Positions 34,490 through 42,090 of a stretch of DNA of 64,000 bases are shown here, one piece after another (within the stretch, counting starts at the first letter, position 1; each line of letters opens with the position of its first letter). Below the pieces are notes generated by a model, which ran no database searches, had not been told where the DNA came from, and worked only from the letters and a program-made list of their open reading frames with translations. The stretch is from the NCBI GenBank assembly GCA_024401185.1, contig JAKSLO010000001.1:2032-66031 (forward strand), in the 5' to 3' direction. The DNA is from Bacteroidaceae bacterium. GTDB lineage: Bacteria > Bacteroidota > Bacteroidia > Bacteroidales > Bacteroidaceae. Made by a program: the position numbers and the translations under genes.

Positions 34490-35785
34490 ATGAATTTAGC
34501 CACGCTTGCCCATCGCAACAACCCAGACAGCAGACGCATTGCCTACAATGCGGCCATGTACCTTACCATAGAGCCTCACCACAACAAAGAGAGACTGGTG
34601 TGTCGCCCTCATGCCAAGTTCGTCCACAACGAGGAGTTCATGGACATCTTTGCCCACCTGGGACAGACCACCGAGACCTACAACAACCCTGCCTGCCTGC
34701 GCTGCCTCGAATACGGCAACGACGAGCAGGGTCCCTACTGGCTTATGTCTTCGGGCAAGTATCTCTCGCTGGCACAACTCGTCAACAGCAAAGCCAACGT
34801 CCGCCTCGACGAGAAATGGGTGGACAGAAGCATAGAGGAACTGCTCGACATTACGGTCTATCTGAACCGCAAGGGACAGCAACTGCTGGAGTTTACCCCC
34901 CATAGCATCCTGGTCACAAAGGACAGTCAGAACCACATTGCCGTCATGCCTCCTTTGTCAGACTTTTTACCACTCCGGAAACTGCTATATGCCAAGGTGG
35001 ATGAACGCATTGCCCCCGAACTGTTCAACAACGATGAAGTGGGTCAGCGTGCCGACATCTATGGCATTGGCCGTATGGTGGAGTTCCTACACCCCTACCC
35101 CACACTACCCTACAAATACAGGGAAATCATCAGCCAAGCTGTACAGGAACAAGCCAGTATGCGTCCTCAAAGCACCGTCGAGATGCAGGAAATCATACTG
35201 AAACGCGCCCAGAAGAGCCGCATCACGAGCATTGCCATTTCCATTGCCTCGGTAGTGGCATTCCTGGCATTCGTAGTGTTCTTCCCCTGGACGGACGACA
35301 ACCAGCCGTATGTAAACAATTTAGTAGGTCCCGACACCACGCTTTTCGACGATGGCGTACTGATGGACGGCTATAACGACTACGATCCTCTTGTCAACAA
35401 GGTTTTCGCCTCCACCACGGATGCCGAAAAGTCGCGTATGCTCGACCAGTACATGCACGACAGCACCTACATGTCGATGGATACGGCCGTGAGCCTTTCG
35501 CCCGAGATGAAGGAATACCAGCGCAAGATGATGGTGTTGGCATCCAAAAAGTTCCGTTCTCAGTTCAAGCAGCAAGCCCGCGCCATCCTGAAGAAGGTGT
35601 ACACAGAGGAGAACATGCAAAGTCAGGAGGACTTCATGGCTGCCAGTCAGGCTGCCAATGCGCAGCTGATGGACATGAAGGCTGCCTTAACCAACCAATA
35701 CCAGATTGACGTCACCACCGGCACACGCATCGCCGGCGAGGTGTATGACGAGGTTGTCAACGAACTGAAGAAGAAACTGAAATAA
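34490..35785 (+). CDS. Membrane-anchored protein with degenerate protein-kinase-like domain
   Basis: APE-like IAPELF and subdomain-IX-like ADIYGIGRMVEFL are present, but there is no HRD, DFG or glycine loop. It has TM ITSIAISIASVVAFLAFVVFFPW and a C-terminal domain of about 170 aa. I chose the start at 34490 because 34430 lies inside the promoter. Confidence 0.65.
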   Translation: MNLATLAHRNNPDSRRIAYNAAMYLTIEPHHNKERLVCRPHAKFVHNEEFMDIFAHLGQTTETYNNPACLRCLEYGNDEQGPYWLMSSGKYLSLAQLVNSKANVRLDEKWVDRSIEELLDITVYLNRKGQQLLEFTPHSILVTKDSQNHIAVMPPLSDFLPLRKLLYAKVDERIAPELFNNDEVGQRADIYGIGRMVEFLHPYPTLPYKYREIISQAVQEQASMRPQSTVEMQEIILKRAQKSRITSIAISIASVVAFLAFVVFFPWTDDNQPYVNNLVGPDTTLFDDGVLMDGYNDYDPLVNKVFASTTDAEKSRMLDQYMHDSTYMSMDTAVSLSPEMKEYQRKMMVLASKKFRSQFKQQARAILKKVYTEENMQSQEDFMAASQAANAQLMDMKAALTNQYQIDVTTGTRIAGEVYDEVVNELKKKLK

Positions 35786-35920
35786 CTTAATTCAACTTTC
35801 GCAAGCTTCGCATGCTTCAGTATTAGGGAGTTATACGAAGTTATAGGACGATAGTATCCTCTCACGCAGAGGTAATTGTGAAGGCCGAAAAGTTCAACGA
35901 AGTCAATTTTGCATTGCAGA

Positions 35921-36003
35921 ATAACTGTGCACTATGAACTCATAACTATAAACTATGTGAAGCGCCAGCCCAATTGTGAATTATGCATTGTGAATTGTGA
36001 ATT
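35921..36003. repeat. Dispersed repeat copy plus ATTGTGAATT x3
   Basis: ATAACTGTGCACTATGAACTCATAACTATAAACTATG occupies 35921-35957. ATTGTGAATT occurs at 35973, 35987 and 35994. The block lies between convergent genes. Confidence 0.85.
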
Positions 36004-36010
36004 GCACAAG

Positions 36011-37666
36011 CTACTCAGCCTTCTTCACGAGGCGCAGGGCACAACCATATTTGCGAGCCAACGGGTCGGTAAGGTTACAAAGACCGCCTTTACCAAAGTT
36101 TAATCTTCTTGACCTATCTGCCCTATTATCTGGTGTCGAAGACCAGTAGTAACCTAATTCCCCCAAATGATCTAAGTGTTTGTTGTATTCCCAGCCTTGA
36201 TCACTTGTTGTCTCTGACAAATAACCAGAAGGGGGCAGACAAAGCAAACCAAGCTCATTCGCCTCTTCGAGGGTATAGGAATCCTTCAAGGGTTTTGTGT
36301 TGAAATCATAATCGTCGGGAGCAAGAATCAGGCAGTTGGGCACTCCATCCACCGTCGCATTAAGCTTGCGGAGCTTGTCAGCATTTGCACGAACCGTGCC
36401 ACTTGTCCTCGTAATATAATACCACTCATCTATGGTCAAGGCAAAATAACCGTCTATACCATCCACGGTGAGAGGATTGGCCTCGTCACAGAAGAACTTG
36501 TCGCTAACGCTTTGGTTTGAAAAGGCATAAGCTGTCGTCGCATAAGGCATGAAGGCGGATTCGCCGCTCTGATAGTCAGTAACATTGGTCCAGAAGAAAT
36601 GCCCTACATGATTAGGATTAAACGCAGCGTTCTGGGGGTAGTCTGTTTGGTTAGCCTCAAAGTGGTAGTCGCTACCGTCCCACCAAAGATTACCTGTAGT
36701 GAATCGCACCTTCTTGGTAGCACTCACGCTAAAGAGACCGCTAAGCACGGGCATAGACACATGTTCCTTCACCTCCTCGGTCCATCCGTACGCACCTCCA
36801 CCCTCAAGCTTCTTACCCTGGAGCTTTGTGATGTACTGTTTGCCCTCGCTACTGCTGAGTGTGGCTGCCAGGTCGGTGCATTTGCTGAGGTCTTGCTTGG
36901 GCAGCATCATGTAGAGGGTGAGCACTTCACCAGCATGCACGTTGATGCCAGAGCCGTGTGCACCGAGTTCCATGACGATGCTACCCGTCTCCTCTGTGTA
37001 GAAGGTATTTATGGTGAGGTCAACCCAGCCTTTGCTGGCGAAGGTAATGCCGCTAATCTTGAACTCAGTAAACACACCTTCATCGGGTACGGTGAGGCGG
37101 AAGCGGCACAAGGCTCCATCGTGCTTAAGCTGGAAGTTGGTAAGCCTGTTTGCATCAGCCACCGCAGCTGTAGTCTGAGGACTATGCTGGAAGTCCTTGG
37201 CTCCGAGGTGGTCATAGGTACCGTTGCCCGTCTGCACCTGACCGCCAAAGTCCATCTCCACCCTTGTCTTTTTAATCTGAGTGCCGTCATAGGGTGTGAA
37301 GGCATAGTAAGGTGTCATAGGCATCAGCGAGAAACCGTTAGCCTTGAACTGTGCTTTGGTGGTGTTGCAGCCGTCGATGAGGTCGAAATTGGTCAAGCCC
37401 GATGCCTCACCACCGCCATAAACACCCAGCTGGTCGCCATCCTGCCACATGAAGGAATTGACCACGCCATCGGGCTCCTCGGACGAGCCAGTAGGATTGA
37501 TGGTGGAACGTGTCTCGACGTCTTCATCGAAACACATGAAACTGCTGGTGGTAGCCAAAGCAAGGCCATCAGCCATATTCTTGCTCTCTGCCAGTTCTTC
37601 CTGGCTGCACGATGCCATCAGCAGCACAACGGCTACCAAAGACAGATATAACGATTTCATTTTCAT
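36011..37666 (-). CDS. Fimbrillin-like lipoprotein with C-terminal DUF1566/FISUMP-like domain
   Basis: Lipobox LLMASCSQ and a beta-rich N-terminal two thirds. The C-terminal end GYYWSSTP..YGCALRLVKK resembles the FISUMP/DUF1566 ending. Confidence 0.65.
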   Translation of the reverse strand: MKMKSLYLSLVAVVLLMASCSQEELAESKNMADGLALATTSSFMCFDEDVETRSTINPTGSSEEPDGVVNSFMWQDGDQLGVYGGGEASGLTNFDLIDGCNTTKAQFKANGFSLMPMTPYYAFTPYDGTQIKKTRVEMDFGGQVQTGNGTYDHLGAKDFQHSPQTTAAVADANRLTNFQLKHDGALCRFRLTVPDEGVFTEFKISGITFASKGWVDLTINTFYTEETGSIVMELGAHGSGINVHAGEVLTLYMMLPKQDLSKCTDLAATLSSSEGKQYITKLQGKKLEGGGAYGWTEEVKEHVSMPVLSGLFSVSATKKVRFTTGNLWWDGSDYHFEANQTDYPQNAAFNPNHVGHFFWTNVTDYQSGESAFMPYATTAYAFSNQSVSDKFFCDEANPLTVDGIDGYFALTIDEWYYITRTSGTVRANADKLRKLNATVDGVPNCLILAPDDYDFNTKPLKDSYTLEEANELGLLCLPPSGYLSETTSDQGWEYNKHLDHLGELGYYWSSTPDNRADRSRRLNFGKGGLCNLTDPLARKYGCALRLVKKAE

Positions 37667-37759
37667 TGACCTGATGTCTACATTTCTCTGTTATGAAATT
37701 TCTTGCGTTTAAGCGAGGGGTACAACCACATTACATCATCAACTAACCCTTTCTGGGTG

Positions 37760-37767
37760 CAAAGATA
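37760..37767 (-). promoter_or_regulatory. -7 box upstream of the fimbrillin-like gene
   Basis: The minus strand reads TATCTTTG, with a partial TTG 20 nt upstream. Confidence 0.5.
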
Positions 37768-38057
37768 CAAAATTATTTGAGGAATTCCAAGAAAAGGGCC
37801 CAATATTTCACAATGCACAATGGAAATTTAGCTGGCGAGAACATGCTAGTCAACTTAATTTAGGAACAATTTTAGCCCGGTCAACAGATCTTAGGAACAA
37901 GGCATAAAACCGACCTAAAACAGTCAACCTTTTTCAAGAAAGTACATGCAGGGAAGTTTTCAAGGAACTTTTGCGAAAAAAAATACACTTATAAAATACA
38001 GCAAATCAGCTAATTGCAAAGGTTAAGGAACTTTTTACACTTTTTTTTATAAAACTT

Positions 38058-38085
38058 TATATACATACATGCGCGCGCGTATATA
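38058..38085. repeat. 28-nt alternating pyrimidine-purine tract
   Basis: TATATACATACATGCGCGCGCGTATATA, with a (GC)4 core. Confidence 0.9.
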
Positions 38086-38301
38086 AGAGTTTATAATAAG
38101 AATAGTGCCCAAAATTCCCTTTTGCCTATAAATAACTGAATATAAACAATATACGTGTGGGATAATTTCGATAAAAGTTCCCGAAAAATTACCCTTTTGC
38201 TTATATTTGCCATATACGTTGCTCGTTTTTACCATCAAAATCAGTCGCAAAGCTCGAAGAGAAGAGAGAAAAGAGAACGCCCCCTACCCCCCCGAGGAGG
38301 A

Positions 38302-38334
38302 ATTACTATGCACTATGAACTCATAACTGTGCAC
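38302..38334. repeat. Dispersed copy of the AACTATGAACT repeat family
   Basis: ATTACTATGCACTATGAACTCATAACTGTGCAC. It shares 19 identical nt (GCACTATGAACTCATAACT) with 35929-35947. Confidence 0.85.
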
Positions 38335-38542
38335 CGAGTGCACGACCTTCACCCGACGTGCACCCGTGTTTCCCCCGTATTTCTCCACGCATTTGTGTAG
38401 GCTCTACGGGGGAACCTCGGGTGAATCCAGAACCATCGCTTGACACACACACCGTTTTTCGGTTTTTCTCCTACAACTCAAGAGTGTGATAATTAGACAA
38501 TTATTCCCTCGTAAAGATCTCTACCTCTTTACGCCAAATGCT

Positions 38543-39424
38543 CTACGACAGTTTGTCAAGGAGGTTCATGTCGGGGTTAAGACGATAGTGAAGAGGGGCA
38601 ATGCCAAACATTCGCTTAAAGAAACGGCCAAAGTAACTTTGGTCGGGGAAACCCAGTTCGTTGCTTATCTCCTGAATGTTCTTGCTGGTCTTCGTCAACA
38701 TGAAAAGCGACTCCTGGCCGAGACGACGGTCAATGAGTTCCTTGGGCGTATAGGTAGAGAACGACTTGACCACCTGCGCCAGGTATTTGCTCGAGATGCA
38801 CAGCTTGTCGGCATAGAAAGCCACACCATGCTCCACCTTGTAGTTCTGAGAGAGCAGCTCTAGGAACTTGCCACTCAGAGAACGAGCCAGCAGGGAGGCC
38901 GATTCGGGCACAGGCGTCTTTTCGGACTTGGCACTAATGCGCTGATAGAACAGCTGCATGAAAATACTGAACAGCGAATTGGCAATCTCCGTAGAGAACG
39001 AACCGCAGTTCACGTTGGAATTATAATTGAAAATATCGAAGAATGAACGTATTACACGTTGCTCGTTCTCGTTGAGCTGCCACACGGGATGGGAATGCAC
39101 ATAGGCAAAAAAGTTGATGTTGAATTGCTTCGTCACCACATCCTGCAAGGCCGGCATGAAGCCGATGATACGAAGCACGGTATCATCGTCCACATGATTG
39201 ATGACAGCCTCCTGACGCGGAAACATCAGCAGAAACTGAGTAGGATTGAGCGAAAGTTCCTTGTTGTCGATAGACAGCGACACGCTGCCATGCTCTGCCA
39301 CTATCAACACCAGACGTTCGGGTATCATACTCTTCTGCCCAAGCATCGAGACTATTCGGGCATGTGTCAGTTCCGAACAGAAATATAACTCATTAGGTCT
39401 ATATACATTGACTGTGTTATCCAT
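38543..39424 (-). CDS. AraC-family transcriptional regulator
   Basis: C-terminal ISNELGFPDQSYFGRFFKRMFGIAPLHYR. The gene is divergent from the efflux operon. I prefer the ATG at 39424 because 39427 is GTG. Confidence 0.85.
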   Translation of the reverse strand: MDNTVNVYRPNELYFCSELTHARIVSMLGQKSMIPERLVLIVAEHGSVSLSIDNKELSLNPTQFLLMFPRQEAVINHVDDDTVLRIIGFMPALQDVVTKQFNINFFAYVHSHPVWQLNENEQRVIRSFFDIFNYNSNVNCGSFSTEIANSLFSIFMQLFYQRISAKSEKTPVPESASLLARSLSGKFLELLSQNYKVEHGVAFYADKLCISSKYLAQVVKSFSTYTPKELIDRRLGQESLFMLTKTSKNIQEISNELGFPDQSYFGRFFKRMFGIAPLHYRLNPDMNLLDKLS

Positions 39425-39551
39425 CACTTTAAGTTTGATTTTTATGCAAAATTAGAGATAAAATAAGGAGGAACAAAGCATAGTTCGCATAATGAACAAT
39501 ATTGCGGTATTTTTTTGCACAACAATTCTTGTGGAATAAGAAAAAATGTAG

Positions 39552-39559
39552 TACCTTTG
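39552..39559 (+). promoter_or_regulatory. -7 box upstream of the efflux operon
   Basis: TACCTTTG about 95 nt upstream of the TolC-like start. Confidence 0.5.
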
Positions 39560-39655
39560 CACCCGATTAAATATGCGATTTTCCACCACAGGAAACAAGT
39601 CGGAAATGAAGCATCGGATTTTTAAGTATTTTTAAGGAAATAAAGATTGGAATAC

Positions 39656-40990
39656 ATGAATTTTTGGAAGACAACAAACACGCGTAAGACGTTCGGTTTG
39701 GCGCTGATGACATTCTGTTCGTCGTTGGCATACGCCCAAAGCCGTCCCGTCATCGAACTGACGCTCAACAAGGCCATTGAGACAGCTCTGGCCGAGAACC
39801 CCACCATGCAGGTGGCAGAGAAGGAGATTCAGCTGAAACAAGTAGCCGACAAGGAGGCATGGCAAGCCCTCCTGCCCAGTCTGGACGCAACCTTGGCGCT
39901 TTCGCACAGCATCAAGGTGGCTGAGATGAGAACCAGCATGGGTACCTTCAAAATGGGTATGGATGGTTCTACTACCGCACAAGGCGGCATCACCCTCACC
40001 CTTCCCCTCTTCGCCCCAGCCCTGTACCAGAACATGAAGCTGACCAAGGAGGACATCCTCGTGGCACAGGAGAAGGCACGCAGCTCCAAGCTCGACCTCG
40101 TGAACCAGGTCACCAAGGCCTACTACGCCGCCCTGCTCTCGAAGGACAGCTATGACGTGGTGCAGAAAGCCTACAAGACCTCGGAGGAATACTACAAGGT
40201 CATTAGCAATATGTATGAGGTAGGACGCGTAAGCGAGTACGACAAGATAAGCGCCGAGGTGCAGATGCGCAACATGAGCGCGTCGGTTGTCAGCACCGAA
40301 ACGGGTGTCAAGCTCTCGCACCTGCAGCTGAAGGTGCTGATGGGCATCACCGCCGACGTGGACATCGTCATCAAGGACAACCTGAAGTCGTATGAGAGCC
40401 AGATGCGCATTCCTGCCGAGGTGAACGGCAACGAGCTGAACAACAACACCAACCTGAAGCAGCTCGACCTGAACATCAGCCTGCTTGAACGTGCACGCAA
40501 GATGCTCAAGACCAACTTCATGCCTACCGTGGCCATGCAGTTGGTAGGTCAGTACCAGTCAATGTCAAACCCCAACTGGAACGTATTCAACTACCACTAC
40601 TCACCCAGCGTCTCAATGGCATTCTCGGTGAGCATACCCATCTTCAAGGCCAGCAACTGGACCAAGCTGCAGTCAAACCGCATACAGATCAGTCAGTTGC
40701 AGGACAACCGCGAGAATGCACGCCGTCAGCTCTCCATTGCGGCAGCAAGCTATCGCGAGAACATGATCTCTACCGTGGCTAAGCTGGAGTCGAACCGCCA
40801 GGCAGTGGCACAGGCCGACAAGGCTGTCACCATCTCGGCCAAGCGCTACGACGTGGGCAAGGGCACCGTACTGGAACTGAACCAGAGCGAGACGGCACTC
40901 ACACAGGCCGAACTTAGCTACCACCAGAGCATCTACGAGTACCTCACCAACCGTGCCGATCTGGAATACACACTGGGAATGGATAATTAA
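39656..40990 (+). CDS. TolC-family outer membrane efflux protein
   Basis: Signal peptide (..LAYAQS), a two-repeat helical/beta OEP pattern, and first position in the efflux operon. I prefer the ATG at 39656 because 39647 is TTG. Confidence 0.85.
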   Translation: MNFWKTTNTRKTFGLALMTFCSSLAYAQSRPVIELTLNKAIETALAENPTMQVAEKEIQLKQVADKEAWQALLPSLDATLALSHSIKVAEMRTSMGTFKMGMDGSTTAQGGITLTLPLFAPALYQNMKLTKEDILVAQEKARSSKLDLVNQVTKAYYAALLSKDSYDVVQKAYKTSEEYYKVISNMYEVGRVSEYDKISAEVQMRNMSASVVSTETGVKLSHLQLKVLMGITADVDIVIKDNLKSYESQMRIPAEVNGNELNNNTNLKQLDLNISLLERARKMLKTNFMPTVAMQLVGQYQSMSNPNWNVFNYHYSPSVSMAFSVSIPIFKASNWTKLQSNRIQISQLQDNRENARRQLSIAAASYRENMISTVAKLESNRQAVAQADKAVTISAKRYDVGKGTVLELNQSETALTQAELSYHQSIYEYLTNRADLEYTLGMDN

Positions 40991-41020
40991 CCTAAGAAAA
41001 ACAAAAAAAGACAACATACA

Positions 41021-42049
41021 ATGAATGCAAAGTATCTAACCCTTGCGCTGGGCCTCGTAATGCTGGCCTCATGTGGCGACAAGAAGAAAGAAGAAGAAGC
41101 TAACGCCGCAGCTGCTGCTGCCACGGCAAAGCCACAGGTAAAGGTGGCTAAAGTGCAGACACAGAGTATCCCACAGACGGAGACATACACCGCCACCGTG
41201 GAGAGTGACGTAAAGAACAACATCACGCCCAACATGGCATACCGCATCGAGCAGATTCTAGTGGATGTGGGCGACCGTGTGAGCAAAGGCCAGTGCCTCG
41301 TGAAACTGGACGAGAGCGCACTCAACCAGATGAAGTTGCAGATTGAGAACCAGAAGATTGAACTCGGACGTACCGAACAACTCTTCAACGTAGGTGGTGC
41401 CAGCAAGTCTGAGTACGACAACATGAAGACCCAGGTGGAGGTGCTGGAGACCCAATACCGCCAGTTGGCTCAGAATACACAGCTGTACTCACCCATCAGC
41501 GGTGTGGTAACAGCCCGCAACTATGACAACGGAGACATGTACGGTGGTCTGCCCATCCTCACCATCGAGCAGACAAACCCCGTGAAACTGATGATCAACG
41601 TCAGCGAGAACCGTTACAAGGACATCCATAAGGGCCTGGACGTGGACATCACACTCGATGCCTATGAGGGAGAGACATTTAGCGGCAAGGTGACCATCGT
41701 CAACCCCACCGTGGATGCCGTTACCCACACCTTCCCTGTGGAGATTACCATCAACAACAAGGATCAGAGAGTACGCCCCGGCATGTTTGCCCGTGCCACC
41801 GTCAACTACGGTTCACAAGACCATGTCGTAATTCCCGACGAGGCACTCGTAAAGCAGATCGGTGCCGGCGACCGTTACGTGTATGTATATGATGCCAAGA
41901 AGGGTACCGTAAGCTACAACCGCGTGGAGCTGGGCAAGCACCTCGACAAATACTATGAGATCTTCTCGGGTGTAAACTCAGGCGACCAGGTTGTCATTGC
42001 AGGTCAGGCTCGTTTGAACAACGGCAAGGCTGTTGAGGTTGTAAAGTAA
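41021..42049 (+). CDS. RND efflux periplasmic adaptor (MFP/HlyD family)
   Basis: Lipobox LASCGD, a lipoyl-like hairpin and a beta-barrel pattern. It sits between the TolC and RND genes. Confidence 0.85.
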   Translation: MNAKYLTLALGLVMLASCGDKKKEEEANAAAAAATAKPQVKVAKVQTQSIPQTETYTATVESDVKNNITPNMAYRIEQILVDVGDRVSKGQCLVKLDESALNQMKLQIENQKIELGRTEQLFNVGGASKSEYDNMKTQVEVLETQYRQLAQNTQLYSPISGVVTARNYDNGDMYGGLPILTIEQTNPVKLMINVSENRYKDIHKGLDVDITLDAYEGETFSGKVTIVNPTVDAVTHTFPVEITINNKDQRVRPGMFARATVNYGSQDHVVIPDEALVKQIGAGDRYVYVYDAKKGTVSYNRVELGKHLDKYYEIFSGVNSGDQVVIAGQARLNNGKAVEVVK

Positions 42050-42090
42050 ATAATAAGTTAGTGACCCATAACCTTGTAAAATAAGACAAT

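Noticed and set aside
36599-37651. 350-aa plus-strand ORF opposite the fimbrillin-like gene. The same applies to 39632-40321, 49724-50395, 52017-52646, 55283-55960, 60270-60851, 10031-10927, 13826-14923 and 19570-20412.
   Set aside because: All are antisense shadows of genes with recognisable signatures. Their translations are compositionally odd and lack motifs.
38047-38400. ORFs 38047-38250 (minus) and 38155-38400 (plus) in the long gene-free region
   Set aside because: They are short and overlap each other. They run through repeat and Z-DNA-like sequence, have no motifs, and show biased composition.
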